64,000 nucleotides of DNA from Octopus sinensis (GCF_006345805.1 NC_042997.1:202430001-202494000), one strand, 5' to 3'. Shown: positions 13,501 through 29,495, counted from the first letter of the stretch. The notes: generated by a model from the sequence alone, not told the origin. Numbers and translations: made by a program.

Positions 13501-16500
13501 GGCACAGAGTTGAAAGCCTTAGCAAAGTCAAGGTAGACAAATCCACCCATGAGCCACTGTCAGTGATCTGAGTAATGTCCTCAAGGAACTCGACAAGCTG
13601 GTCACTGCAGCTGGAGTTAGGGACAAATCCATATTGTGAGGGTCGGATGAGACTGAGAGCTCCAGAAGTTCCAGAGTGTTTTTCTGACACACGAATCCAT
13701 CAGTTTTGCAATACAGCTAGTGAGACTGACTGGGCGATAGTTGACAGGTGATGTGTGGTCACCCTTTTTGAACAGAGGAATGACACTGGCAGTTTTCCAC
13801 TGCTCCGGGAGTAGTAGCACCATTGTTGAGACAGTACTGGAAGAAAATAGAAAGCTGGTGTAAAAGGAAGTGCCTGCCACGTTTGAGAAGCAGGTATGTA
13901 ACTCCATCGAGACCAGGGGAGGCATAGTTGCGCTTATTTTGAAGGTGATGTCGCAGCATTGCAGGTGTAAATTCCATAGTTGTTATGGAGTTTGCTGTTA
14001 GTGATGGTGAAGATGGTACATTTTGACTTTCAACAGTGAATATGTTTGCATAGCACTCGGCAATGAGTTCTGCGCATTCCTTGGGGTCGTCAGTGATCTG
14101 GTTCGTGTGAGGGTTGCGAAGAGGGCCCACTGGAGAGTGAGGTCTCTGCTTTGAATGCACATATTTCCAGAAAACCTTGCTGTCAGGATACTCTGGAGTA
14201 TAGTATTCACATCTCCAGAGTTGTAGAATTCACGCCAGTTTGGGTGCTGTAGTTCAGTGTGGTACAGGTTCCAATCTGCTCTCTTCCAATCGAAGGAAGC
14301 AGATTGGAGATGGTTCAGGTGTTTGTTGCCCGCAAGAGCCAGATTGGCGATGATCATAGCATGATCAGAGTCACCTAGAGGTTCCTCCGTAGTGCAATTG
14401 ATAACCGCTTCAGGAGTTGTGGTGAAGAGCATGTCCAAGGTGTTGTCGCCTCTGTTGGAGAGGTGACTACTTGTGACCAGTTTGAGTCCAGCACAAGCTC
14501 AACAAAATCGTTTGCACTCTGTGGCCAACGGAAGGTTTCCCAATCGATCTCAGGATGATTGAAATCGCCTGCAATACACATAAGTGCTGTTTTCCTGGCT
14601 GCAGCTCGGAGGATGTTGCAAAGCTGTGTGTCCTGATGGTAAATTGGGGGACGATAAACAACGCCAAGCAGGAGTGTTGACATGGTCATACGTACGTCAC
14701 AGAAAAAAAACTTCTTCTTGTGATTCGTTCAAATCGGCACAAGGAATTACCAAAAATTTGAACGAACGTAGACCATCACACCACCACCACGGCGGTTAGT
14801 GCGGTCCTTACGGAAGAGGTTGTACCCCGTGATGTTGAAAACCCCATCACAGAGTAAGGAATGCGCCCATGTTTCCGTGACAGTGATGAAGTCAGGGTCA
14901 ACACTTCTGACGTAGGCGTTGAACAATGTATTTTGTTGCATAAACTGCGAGCATTTAAGGACAACAATTTGCACCCTGCTCGCAGTTTATGATGGTGTGT
15001 GGAGGATGGCAGATTGTCCTGGCTTAGTTTCCCTGAGTTGCTGTAGTCTTTTTAGTTATTGTGGGTAGAGAGCACTCAGACCAGCTGGTATCTCTCTTCC
15101 ACGTTTCATCAGTCTTGACAAATCTCCAGATTTGTCCATCTTCCCGAAGACTGAAGCTTTCCTGTAGAGCTGAGTTCCTATTCAGGGAAGCCGCTACACG
15201 TAGCTTCAGACGTAGATCGGACGGTAAGCCTGGGTGTGTTCGGAAGGTGGTCCGATTTTCACGCCCAGCTTTAACTGAGGCCAGATGGTAAGAGGTTGCC
15301 TCAGTGTGGTCCGAAAAAGACAGCTTGATGAGCCTAGGTTTTGGGCCAGGTCGTCCAAGGTGGATAGCACCCGTTGGGGGAACGCAGCCTAGGTCTTTGG
15401 CTGAGTTGGCAGCAAATGCCTGAAGATCAGCCATGTCTTCAGGCACCCCAATGGCAATGACTTTAAACTTTGTTAAACGAAATTATCAAGTGCGAACAGT
15501 ATCAATGTATCAAACAAAAATTACTTGTATTTGAATTCATATCGATTACGTTCCTTTACACATAACGATGTTGATATTACCTACGTTTATACTTATACTA
15601 GCAGTATCGCTCGGGTTGTAAGGGAAATAAATATATAAGCATTTTTAGAGAGTTATAGCCAAAAAATAGCAAAAAAATGCATTAAAAATTGAAAAAAAAT
15701 GAAGGCAAATTTTCTTTTAAATCGTTGACACATCGTAGATATTTTTAGAGAGTTACTTCCCTTATATAATAGCGAAAAAAATGCATAAAAATGGAAAAAT
15801 ACGATGGTAAATTTTTTTTAAATCGTAGACACATCGTAGACGCACGCTAATACCCAGAAGGGCTCGATATGAATGACGACTAAAAGATACCCGCTTTTGG
15901 TTAAACAGCACCGCAAAATGTGGGAGTAGTTAGGAATCTAAATCGTAGGAGACAGACACACAACTTCACTCTTATATAAAGATGCTTTTTTTTTTTCAGT
16001 CATAGAGTTAGATTTATGAAGGTCTTCAGTAGAAAATCCTTCGAATTCTGACTCGCTGCTTGATATAATGAAATTCGTATCCATTTTTTGTCAGAATTAC
16101 AAATTTTGAAAACACAATAGGAACAAATTTCGGAAAAAAATCTCCCATAATTCACGGAATTAAAATTACACTTCGATTTTTGTACAAAACTGTAGTTGAA
16201 GTGTTTACGAAGTATAATACGTGTTTTCACGAATGTACTAAAGAGATTTGCTCTGATATTCTCATTTAAATATGAATAGGTAAATTCGGGCGGCTTGGTA
16301 ACTATATATAAGTGTCGTCTGTTTATACATAAACACTGTTTCATACTGCAATTATATATACATATATCTATATATAATTTATATAATAAAATATATACAG
16401 AGTAAAATAAAAACCAATTTACCTTTTCTGTCCGTCCGTGTGTCTTTGCAAATGTGTTGGAATGATAAGTGAGTTGAGTTTTGGCGCCTTTTTTACTAAT

Positions 16501-18173
16501 AACAAACACACACGTGTTTGTATGTAGTTGTATATGTATGTGTATGCGTGTGTGTGAGGAATGAGACACACACACTCACGCACGCACACATGTATATCAA
16601 TGTTTTCGGAGTGATATGTTAAAATATTGAGTTTTCTCGAATTTTGTCTTAATTGGTGGTAAAATTGAAAGAAATTTCTTATGGCATCACCCACTGAAGT
16701 ACTCTGAAAAATCTTAGGTAAATTCTAATTGAAGAAATTGTGTGAGGATTAAATCGTTATGTATTTATTTGTTTCTGTTTGCTGTGTTTCTTTATTTTTT
16801 GAGTAGTGGTTTAAATACTTTCAGTTTAGTCTTGCTCAAATCACTCTGTCGCTATTTACTTTCATTTTATTCGTTGCCCACTGTGTGTGTGCGTTTGTGT
16901 GTGGTGTAAACCAGACTAAGAAAAGCATTTGACACACACACCAGAATGTGAGTTTTCTGTAAATTTTGCTTAATTGGAGTTTAAATTTTAAAAACTGGAC
17001 CTGGCATGACGCGATGCATTGTACTCTAAAAAATGCTAAGTAAATTGTAATTGAAGAAATGCTATATTGTAGATTTGTATAACTCCCAAAGGGAGGCAGA
17101 TAAAATCTGCCTTTTATAATAAGAGATACCATATCTGCTGACCTCTGCAGTTTCAGCATCGTATTTTCAGGAATTACAGTTTTTTATGCATTATAGCTTA
17201 TGGGACCCCCAACTTTTTATAAAGGACTCTGGTTCATTTTATTTTTAAACAATTTTTGGAAAAATATGCGTCTTCTATTCCATCAAAAACAGTATATATT
17301 TATATTCTCTACCTAAATAAAAATGTCTTTTCAAGTGATGCCAAACGGCTTGCCTTTTCATTTTTACTTTAATCTCTACCTGCTCCAGGAAAAATCATCT
17401 CTAGCCACTTCTGATAGGCAGTCTCAACATCACACATTCAGGTGCAGTTCAAACCAGAGTTTTAGTGGTAAACAGAGCATTCATAGTACACACCTATTAC
17501 TTTAAGTCAGTTCACAAAAACACTTGGCATCTCTATATATATAAACGGCAAAAATGTCTCTGTGTGTGTGTGTGTGCGTGTCCTTTATACAAATCCACAA
17601 TTTTTCAGTTAGAGGGCTCGTACTTTCTATGGTCATTCAAAACCATCCAAGGGTGGTCGTGCACATCTTTACATTTCCCCAGTCACCCTGTAAAGCCATT
17701 AAAAAATCAATAGAAGTGACTTTTTTGTGAATTTTCTATCCAAAACCCAATCAAAATACCCAAAACTTGATACGCCAATTGAATGCCAGCTAGCTGTATG
17801 TGATTGGTCAGAGATTTGGACAGTACTCGCATGTATGTGTGCATGCATGCAGCTGTATATGCATGCACTAACACTATGACCCGGCGTTGCTAGTATTCTA
17901 TATAACGATTATAATGATGTCTATATTCTTCATACTTATGGTCATACTTTACAATACTCTTTACTCTTTTACTTGTTTCAGTCATTTGACTGCGGCCATG
18001 CTGGAGCACCGCCTTTAGTCGAGCAAATCGACGCCAGGGCTTATTCTTTGTAAGCCCAGTACTTATTCTATCGGTCTCTTTTGCCAAACCGCTAAGTGAC
18101 GGGGACGTAAACACACCAGCATCGGTTGTCAAGCAATGCTAGGGGGACAAACACAGACACATACACACACACT

Positions 18174-18244
<71 letters not shown>

Positions 18245-21200
18245 TATATATACGACAGGCTTCTTTCAGTTTCCATCTACCAAATCCACTCACAAGGCAT
18301 TGGTCGGCCCGGGGTTATAGCAGAAGACACTTGCCCAAGATGCCACGCAGTGAGACTGAACCCGGAACCATGTGGTTGGTTAGCAAGCTACTTACCACAC
18401 AGCCACTCCTGCGCCTATGTTTTTCTTTTTTTCTGTGACGTTTGTTGCAAGAATTAAACATTGGTATTTGGAATATATCTCTTATATCTTTCAAACAATT
18501 GCATAAACCCTCTTTATATTGTTATTGTTAATCCTCACCTTGATTTCCTGTTCTTTTGTAGGTCCTGCGTGTACGGTGCTTGGATAAAGATGAACGAAGT
18601 AACATTCGCTACCAACTCTTAACCATCGACTCTCTTTTTGCCTTGAATGGTAAAACTCTTTATCACGCTATTTTACTGATAATAATACTAGTTGTATAAC
18701 TTATAATTGATCCACAAGGATCTACAAGTAGTTTTGTCTTAATAATTACATGTAGTATAAAACCAGCTGAGGAATGAGATCAGGAAGGGCATGCAACCAT
18801 AGCAAGCTCTGCCTTAATGCTGTCAAGTCTGAGCCATACAAGCATGGATAAGTAAAATTTACAACAGTGATTTTACATATATATATATATATATGTAAAC
18901 TTTGTTGCAAAGAGCAACAAAAAATTTTGACTAACAAATGACTGACTGATTATTTAACCAGTACAATAAGCAAAGGATCAATTAGTTAGCTGGTTAGATA
19001 TTTAACTAATTGACTAACAATAAAGAAGTGATATTGAATCAGTGTGTGTGTTATTATTGGTATTATGACCCTCCCAAGACACAAGTTGTGTGTGTATTTA
19101 TACATACATACATAGGTGCTACTTTGGCACGTAATCTACAAGGTTACTTTTTAGTTTACTTTTCAATTTCTAAAAACCCGTAAGATGTTGGCTAAAGATT
19201 TTTACAATGTGATCAGTGACAAGACGAAGGCAGTTGCATTTTTACAAGAATCTACTACTAAATTCATGTCATTTCTTAAGAAAAAGAAAGGTACTATTTT
19301 AGTGTGTGATCTACAATTTCAAGAGAGATTACTTTTTAGTTTACTTTGTATTAGTGCTACTTTCCGTGTGATCTACGTGAGCAAATTTACTTTGGTGGGT
19401 GATCTACATGCTTATTTTAATTATTATATGGTTTTTTTATTATTAAAATAGCAAGAATTTTGAAAAATATACATTTACAATGCTAAGTATGTACAAAATA
19501 ATTTTAAAACGAATCTAAAGTAATCTCCCTTGTAGATCACATGCCAAAGTAGCACCCATACATATATACATGTGCAGCTGACTTCTCACAGTTCCCTTCT
19601 CTCAAATCTACTCATAAGGTTCTGGTCAGCCTGGAGCTAGAGTAGAAGATGCTTGGCAAAGTGCAACACTGAATCAAATATAATTTGAATCCAAATCAAT
19701 GTGGTTAAAAAGCAAACCTCTTAACCACAGAGCCACATCTGTGCCTCTATATGTGAGTGTCTGCATAACAAAAAAGAAGTGTTCCGACTTAAAAAAAAAA
19801 AGACTGAAACAGCAGTCCCTTATATTCAACTTATTAAGAGGGCCGATGGTTGTTGAATAAGAGAATGAAATAGGTTTTTATAGTTTGTTAAGATCAGTCC
19901 ATTTAACAAACAGTTACATCTTGTGTTCTTTTTAATACTTCCAGCTGAAACTGGTGTTCTTGAAACAATAGTCCGTCTTGATCACGAAACACATCCTGGC
20001 AGTTACCAACTATATGCCGAATGTACAGACGGTGGGGATTTCCCCCGCTATTCCTCTCCTGTTATTTTGAAGTAAGTCAATTTTAATATTCTTACTGTTA
20101 CATCCAGCATTTATTCATGTACGACTGAGCTGCTGAAATAGAGAAATATAAATTAGAAATATAATTTGTGTAATTACTTTGCTGGTAATTGTCATCAACC
20201 CTAATTAGGGAATACTGTTAATGATATATACATTTTTGTTTCAGTCAAGGGACTGTGGTCTTTTAAGGTTGGTTGAGCAAATTGACCCGTGTCCATATTT
20301 TAAATCTGGCACTTACTCTTTTGGTTTCTTTTGCTGATCCTCTAAGTTATGGGGGATGTAAACAAACCCATGTTGGTTGTCAAGTGGTTGGAGAAGAAAT
20401 ACAAAGACACATATAAATACACTCATATCATGTGTGTGAGTATGTATATATTTGTATGGGTGTACGTATATATTTTTAAATGCGTGTGTATGTGTGATGA
20501 GCTTGTCACAGTTTCCATCTATGAAATTCCCTCAGAAGGCATTGGCCACCCCTGGGCTATAATAGAAGAGTCCCACTGCTTAAAGTACTGTGCAGTGGGA
20601 CTGAACTCAAAACTATATGTTTGTGAAGCAAATTTCTTCAACTAGTGCCATGCCTGCACCGTTATTATGTTGTGGGGGGGGGGCTGTTTCTACCTATATA
20701 ATGTATATGTGAAGGGCATATGAGTTGAAGGATTTGTTAAAATCATTTGCATTAATATTTCTTAAATTGTTCATAGTCATCATCGTTTAACGTCCGCTTT
20801 CCATGCTAGCATGGGTTAGACGATTTTGACTGAGGGCTGGCGAACCAGATGGCTGCACCAGGCTCCAATCTTGATCTGGCAGAGTTTCTACAGCTGGATG
20901 CCCTTCCTAACGCCAACCACTCCGTGAGTGTAGTGGGTGCTTTTTACATGCCACCTGCATGGGAGCCAGCCAGTCAGGCGGTACTGGCAATGACCTCGCT
21001 CAAATCTTTTTACACATGCCACTGGCACAGGTGCCAGTAAGGCGACGTTGGCACAGGTGCCAATTGAAATCCTACTTGGAACGGTTGTCAATAAGTCTGG
21101 GAAAATAACTTACATTCTCAACAACACAGTGTATGCTGAAGAGCCAAGGAAAACTGGATAAATCACAGCATTAGGTTTGTTTCAGAAAATCATATTATAA

Positions 21201-24200
21201 TAGTTACATAATAATACACCAGCCTTGGACAAGCAGATTTATGATCAAGAATTTTCCAAGAAGCAACATCTTCATCATTATCAAATGCTATATTTTCCCG
21301 TAAGATAGTCATTTGAATGCAGGTTGACTGCTATTTCTAGCGGCCACGTAGAGGTTCTCTCGACAAACTCCTTCGATATATTTTTACCTTTATTTTCTCA
21401 CATATAACTATTACTACTACTATTTTTTCCGCTACCAGCCGGTGTTCGCCAAGGTAAATAACTCTGCATTTGTATGTAATTATTGCCCTTTAGCAGAAGT
21501 TTCTGTGGAAAGGTCTCCTTTGGATATTTAAATTATATTTGCCGATATTTAGATATCATTTGTCAGCTAATGAGAAGCTGACAGTAGTTTAAGTGATGCT
21601 AAGATGCCTTAGGTTTCATTGATGATTTTAGAAATCTGGTTTATCCAGAAAACTTCTTAAGGATTGTGTAGGGAGTCTGTGAATTCCTGGATTTTTCCTC
21701 ACAAGATGTGTAGCAGTACACTTGTCTTTCAGTAGTCCATTTCTGCATTCCGTCCAGATCAGATTAGTATTTAGGATTCTTCTTTTTTTTTTTTATCTCA
21801 AAGTGCAGCTTGTTCTAAATCATAATAATTAAATTACTATTTCAGTGGTAATTTTTCTAATTTTTCGTTTGTTTTCCTCTAGTGTTACAGTAGAAGACAT
21901 GAACGATAACCGGCCAACGTTTATTAATGAAACTTACCACGCCCAATTGTATACCAATGCTACAATTGGAAGACACATTGCTTCGCTATCAGCAACTGAC
22001 AAAGATAAAGGACAGAATGGAGAAATATCTTATTATATAATAGGTAATTAAAATATTTCACTTTCCATGGAGAAATTTGGAAATCCTCTTTGATATTTGT
22101 GTTTTGAAAGTGAATCACTTGTTCGCATTGTTATTAACACCAGGTCAACCCAGATCAAGTAGACTTATGATCAGAGACATTCCAGTCATGACTATCCCAT
22201 ATTATATTCAAACTTAGTGTGTTTGAAACCACATTATCCAATTTCATTTTTCTGCAGACTGGTTGGATGCGATATGAGGGAAATTTGGCTTTTGTTTCTA
22301 GCAGACTGACTGAACCAATAGAGAAAGTATCATATTTTCACTATTTATGTTATTGTGATCAAACATAGACACCCTCATCCTTCACCCAGCAAAACATCCA
22401 AGATGGATTGAAGGAGGCTAGCACCAGTATACAGCTGGTACTCATTTACTTTCTGGCCTTGCTTGTCTGTTCCATCCTCATTGTTGAGGGTTGGGTACCA
22501 CAAGCACATGCAGCCTCACTTCAATTCTTGCATCTGGCCATGGTCTTGCATTCAGCCAGAGGTTTTCCAGTCCATTCTTTGATGTTATCCGATCAACATC
22601 TTTTTTGGTCTCTCCCTTCCTTGTTTCCCATTGACACCTCCCTCTACAATAATGGTTCTCAACCATTTTCACCTTTGAACCCCTTTGATTCCTATTTTGC
22701 TCAGGTGGATACCCATAGCCGTTTGATGCTTTAAAAATATCCTATTATATTTTTATAATTAAATATTATTGGGAACAGTAGTAGTTGGCAGCTACGACCG
22801 AGAGCACGAGTTTGTGTGTCCATGTGTTGTCAACGAGGCATAAGGTAGACGGCCAACGTGAGTTCTTGGTCGTCAGCAGCGGTATCAAGCGTGAGTGCGG
22901 CCTCCGCTGGGCGCTCCCGTGCCTGCGATTGTCGTCAACAAACGAAAGCTCGCAGTCCAGCCCACGTCCACGTGGACGTAGCCGCGACTGATGCAAAACT
23001 GTTAAGATATTTTGTATATTGTAAAAGTATAACCAGTTTATTGATCATAAGCCCTAACAACAAAATCTTATATTCCCCTGTCACCCTGCCCCCGGATCAT
23101 ATGAACCCCAGTTCAGAACAACTGTTCTAGGATGTGGGTGCTGAGGTTCAACGTTGTAGTACTCAGTTATGGCCCCTTGCATCCTGACCCAAATTCAACA
23201 AACATAATCTATGCTTGCATCCTTCCATTGTCAGTAAAATAAAGTGAAGTTGCAGTGAAATATCGGAATTGATTTCATTGATAATACCATACCCCCTCCT
23301 AGAACATGTGGGTTTCTTTCAACATTAGGAAAACACGGGGTGGCCCAAAAGTAGGTTTACAGTTATTCAAATATTAACAGCTTAGATCTAAATTATATTA
23401 AAAAAAAATATGAAACCATTATTCTATAAGTGGTTGTATACTGTCAACATAACATGACAGTCCCATAAAGGGAATTACACCACTGCTGTTTAGCCCTAGG
23501 AAGCATCAACGCTCTTTGTTGGCTTTGACACATTTCCTGTATATTTGCAAAGGGGAGGCAAGCACCCCCACCAGCTAGGACTAGCAACCTGAAGACATGC
23601 ATGTTTCTGGGTTTTGCCCGTCATCAGTCCAGGGTAGTAAGTCCTGCTAGTTGAGATAGCTGCCAAACCTTCGCAAATGTATATATTTACAGTGAAATCT
23701 ATTCACTGGTCACTGTAATTAGAAATATTTCTAATTACATTATTCTATGCTAATTTAGTTAATTTTGTCAAGTTCCCTTTTCAGTTTGTAAGATAAGAAT
23801 TTAAATGTAATAAAATGTTTTAAAAGAAATTTAAAGTACCTACATGAAAACTGTAAACCTTCTTTTGGGCCACCCTGTATTTTTGTATCAGATTTATTTT
23901 CCACAAGATGTCTTATTCTGCTGTCACTGCTCAAGGAAAGTAAACTTTGTTTTTCATTTATTTTTCAAAAGTAATATGTGTGTGTAAAAACATTTCTTTA
24001 TTCATGAAAATTCACAAAGAGAATATATTACTGATTTCTTTGAAGGTGGTGACCCATTTGAAGAATTTGAATTGAATCCGAAATCCGGACTGTTAACAAC
24101 AAAAGTATCATTCCAAGACCGTCTGTCTGGTTCTCGTATGTTGTTTGTGGAAGCAAAAGATGGCGGTTATCCCGATGCTTTAAGTGACGTTGCCAAAGTA

Positions 24201-27200
24201 AATTTCAGTTTCTTTTACTTTTAAATATATGCAAAAATTCTTCTATGACGATCAATTTTTACCATTTTTATGTATTTTATGCTAAAATCTACAAAGTGTT
24301 ACATACTAACCACCCACCCTTTCTGCTACTCTATCTTATTTTCCCTCTTATATTTTCTTTATACCTTGAGGGTCTTTCCTCACCATCTCTTTCAAGTTCG
24401 CTAAATAGGTACCAGTTGAGTACTAGGGTTGATGTAATTCACTTACCTCCTATCCCAAACTTGCTGGCCTTGTGCCAAAATTTGAAACCAATATTAAACA
24501 GGACAGTGAGCAAGCAGAATCGTTAGCATGCCAGGCAAGATGCTTAGTAGCAGTTCATCCATCTTTACATTCTGAGTTCAAATTCCACCAAGGTCAATCA
24601 AGCCTTTCAGCCATTTTGGGATCGATAAAATAAGAACCAGTTTAGCATCTAATCGACTTATTCCCTCCCTTAAAATTGCTGGCCTCATGCCAAAAATTGA
24701 CGAGAATTATCTAAAGTTCATAGACACATCAAAAATAAGTTTAGATTAAGCCTTGTTGATATCTGCATAACATTCTAGATGCTGTCTGAAAAGAAATCCA
24801 CCAATATAGTTTAAAAAAAGCAACAGTTTATCAGATTAATGGTAGAGTTAATGATTAATTAAATAATGAAATATTATGAAATTACCTCATTCCTTTCTTG
24901 TGAAGGAGGCAATGTCATTACTATGATTACATTAGAATTTATCAGACTCACTATATTACAGCATTAACCCTTTAGCATTCAAATTACTTTGTTCATTGGT
25001 TTTGGTGTTGGTGTTGGTGTTGGTGCTGTTGTTGTTGAGCGAAGCGGTCTTCGTCCCAGTGGGAGAAGTCCGAAACGTGGTCCTTTGCTATTCGTAAGAC
25101 CTGCAGAAGAGAAAGCAGGTCAATCCCCGACACCGAAAGCATCGACGGACAGATGAATGTGCATCCAGACTCAGTGGTTGCATAGGAAGTCAGGGATAAG
25201 AAACAGGAAGAAAGAGTGAGAGAAAGTTGGGGCGAAAGAGTACAACAGGGGTCGCCACCACCCTCTGTCAGAGCCTCGTGAAGCTTTAGGTGTTTTCGCT
25301 CAATAAACACACACAACGCTCGGTCTGGGAATCGAAACCGCGATCCTCCAACCGCGAGTCCACTGCCCTAACCATTGGGCCATTGCGCCTCCACTGGTGT
25401 TGCTACTGGTTCCACATAAAAAGCACCCAGTACACTCTGTAAAGTATTTGGCATTAGGAAGGGTATCCAGCTGTAGAAACCAAGCCAAAACAAGCTGTGA
25501 CTCCTGATGTGGCCCCTGACCTTACTAGTTCCTGTCAAGCTATTCAAATGGACATTAAATGATGATGAATTGTAATGCTTATTTATTCACATAGTTTTGA
25601 ATTAGTCATGCATCATCATCTCATAGCTTCAGTATTTCGATGATGTGATTGTTTATTTTTAGAATGACTAGGATAGGTGTAAGAGGCCAGATCTGGCTGT
25701 TTTGAATATAAAACAGAATTTTTGGACCGAACAAGGCCAGTTTAAATGCTAAAGGGTTAAATGCGAAGGAAAGGAAAACTAATTTTTGATGCTTACTCAT
25801 GGTCCCCAACTTGACTATTATGTTTTTATATGAATGCATTCCTGGGTAATTTCTGCCATCATTATGGTAATGCTTGACATGCCTGCATGTTACTGAGGAG
25901 GCTGAATAAGACAGTTACAAATACATCCAGAGTTGTTGCCCTTATGCTACAGTAGACTCAAGCTTTGTTTGGGACAAAATTATATTTATAAAAGTCCAGA
26001 TCAGAGTCTCCTCAGCAGTTTATTTTTAGATCATTTCAATTCCAAGGGTTGTCTCCCCTACCTTTATGGACCAGAATTGATTAGATATTTTTTGTCTTTT
26101 ACTGGTTTCATTCATTGGACTGTGGCCATTCTTGGGCACTGCCTTGAAGAGCATAGTTGAACAAATTGACCTTAACACTTATTTTTTGTATGCCTGATAC
26201 TACCACAGACACATACATACATACATGTGTGTGTGTATATGATGAGCTTCCACACAGTGAGACTGAGCCCAAAATGACATAGTTGCAAAGCAAGCTTCTT
26301 ATCCACACACCCATGCCTCTGAATTTGTCTTTTTATTACTGTAGATGTAATTTCAAATAATTAAATAATTAAAATTTCTTGGCTTACTACATCAAATGAG
26401 CTAGTGCACACTTTACTGTCTATTTTCTATGTAGCAGGTGTCCCTCAGTATGTTAAGCTCACATAAGAACTGTGTTACCATTCCTGAAAACTCCTCCTTT
26501 TAATAATCCTCCACCCATTTTTCTTTCTATTTCAGGTACATATTGAAGTTATTCAGCTCAACCAACATGCGCCCAAGTTTACCTTGTCTGTATTTCGGGC
26601 TAATGTTACTGAGGAAAAGGTTATACGTAAGTTCCTGCAACTTAGAGCAAGTGATGAAGACCCAGATGATAAAATAGCGTATCATCTTCTCAGCTCCTCA
26701 AATGCAGAAAGTACAGTGAATTGGACAGGTAAACTAGTTTTAAAAGCTTAACCCTTTAGCTTTTAAACTGGCCGTCTCCAGCCTAAATATTCTACTTGAT
26801 TTTATGTCCAAACTGACCAGATCCAGCCTCTCACACCTACCCTACAATGTCATACTAAAAGTATACAACCCCATCATCAAAATCTCAAAATTACAAGATA
26901 ATACATGATTAATTCAAAACATGAATAAATAAACTTTATATTTGACAAACTAATCTGAATGCTAAAGAGTTAAAGACTTATCTGTATATTTCTTACTTTT
27001 TAAGTCAATTTTCTTATTTTCTTAAAATATTGTTGATTTTGTTTGTTTGTTTTTTTTTGCTTTGTGCCATAGTTCATCATCTTTGTAATATTTCAGAATA
27101 GATATATGACTATTTAAAAAATACTAATATTTCACTAAGTGTATCTTGCTTTTTAGAAAAGATACACTATATCTTTGCAAGTGATGAGGGGTGTTTAAGA

Positions 27201-29495
27201 CTGTTGGCATCAAGGCTATTTTCCCATAAAATATTACCTCTAAAATTCCCAGCATAAAACAACATTGAACCTGAAACTATGTGGTTGGGAACCAAGCTTC
27301 ACAACCACTCAACCACGCCTGTGTCTATATTATTATTATTGAGAGAGATGCCAGTAAGTACTCCAAGTGATGCTGGGGTACAAATATACAAAGTTCAATA
27401 TACCCATCATGACTACCCATCTGATAAGGATTCACCAGGCACATGCATCTCAAGCATATGTGCATGACATGGTGACTTCATATCAAATTAAGCAACACAT
27501 GACCTTTCAGATGGGGCCCAGTTATAATTTTCTTCAGTTTCAGTAGCCCATCTTGTTCAAAAGGTCCCTGAATAAGGGTTGTTTAAGGATGATGAATGGA
27601 ACACCAATGTTTCCAGGGGTGAATTATTCGAACCCCAAAGAATTCCTCTCAACACATGGCCATGATGCTCCTCTACTTCTGCTTGTGATCAGAGATGCAC
27701 ATATCATCAGATGCTAAGGGATATGCTCAACTGATTAAGGTCAAGCAACTGACAAACAAATCTGTGGTATTCATCAGCATCATCATCATCATTTAATGTG
27801 TGCTTTCCATGCTGGCATGGGTTGGAAGATTTGACTAAGGACTGGCAAGCCAGGAGGCTGCGCCAGGCTCCAATGTGATCTATTGAGCAGAATATTTACT
27901 GTAGCCCATCTTTTTATACCAAGACAATGTACATGATATAGCCCATCTTTTTATACCAAGACAATGTACATGATAACACTTCCAATCAGTTAAGATCAGA
28001 CGCCATGAGAGTCACTGCCTGGTACTGCATCAGGGCATTTATTATTATTGTTAAGGTTGTGGCACATAAAAAGCACCATTTGAGTGTGGCCGTTGCCAGT
28101 ACTGCCTGACTGGCCCCCGTGCCTGTGGCACGTAAAAGAACCCACTACACTCTCGGAGTGGTTGGCGTTAGGAAGGGCATCCAGCTGTAGAAACTCTGCC
28201 AAATCAAATTGGAGCCTGGTGCAGCTATCTGGTTCGCTAGACCTCAGTCAAATCGTCCAACCCATGCTTGCATGGAAAGCAGACGTTAAACGATGATGAT
28301 GATGATGTTGTGAGCTGACAGAATTATTAGCAAATCAGGCAAAATGCTTAATATCATTTTGTCTGTCTTTATGTTCTGAGTTCAAATACAGCTGAGGTCA
28401 ACTTTCGCTTTTATCCATTCTGGGTCAATAAAATAAATACCTGTGGAACACTGAGGATGATGATGTCAACTTAAATATTCCCCTAAAATTGATAGCCTTG
28501 TGCCAAAATTTGAAACCATTATTATGTAATATTATTGGCTATTAACTGTCAGCAATATATTTTTGTTATTTCAGATTATTTCAGCATTTCATCTTCTGGT
28601 TGGATCAGTGTGAAGAATAAAATAGACAGAGACACTTTGAATATTTCTCAAGCATCGCTGACTGTTTATGCTGTGGATAATGGACTTCCACCCAAAACCG
28701 GCTCTACACTGCTTCTTGTAAATATTAGTGATATCAATGACAATATTCCAGATTTTGTAGGATATAACATGACATACGTCATTGAAATACCTCAAGTAAG
28801 TTTGAGTTTTTCTTTCGATAACTCTTTATTGTGCAAACATCAGACTACAAAATATTTACTGCTTCTAGTACAGAGACAAGGATAGACTCTTTTAGTGGTG
28901 TTGGAGTGGAGATGTTGATTATTCTTTCATTCTTTTACTTGTTTCAGTCATTTGACTGCAGCCATGCTGGAGCACTGCCTTTAGTCGAGCAAATCGACCC
29001 CGGGACTTATTCTTTGTAAGCCCAGTACTTATTCTAACGGTCTCTTTTGCCGAACCGCTAAGTGACGGGGATGTAAACACACCAGCATCGGTTGTCAAGC
29101 AATGCTAGGGTGACAAACACAGACACAAAAACACATACACACACATATATATATACATATATACGACAGGCTTCTTTCAGTTTCCGTCTACCAAATCCAC
29201 TCACAAGGCATTGGTCGGCTCGGGGCTATAGCAGAAGACACTTGCCCAAGATGACACGCAGTGGGACTGAACCCGGAACCATGTGGTTGGTTAGCAAGCT
29301 ACTTACCACACAGCCACTCCTGCGCCTTATATCAACTTTAATACTTTATTGGTGGGTTCAATTCCTGCACAGGTCCACACATTGTGCCCTTGAGTAATGT
29401 ACTTCATTTCACAATCCTCCAGTCTACACAGCTAAAAATGAGCACAAGTCAACCGCTGAGTCAAGACCCACCACCACCTCTCTCTCTCACACACA

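Noticed and set aside
15101-15112. CTGATGAAACGT on the minus strand in CR1 ORF1
   Set aside because: The core and GAAAC overlap with no stem II; it is coding sequence (TDET).
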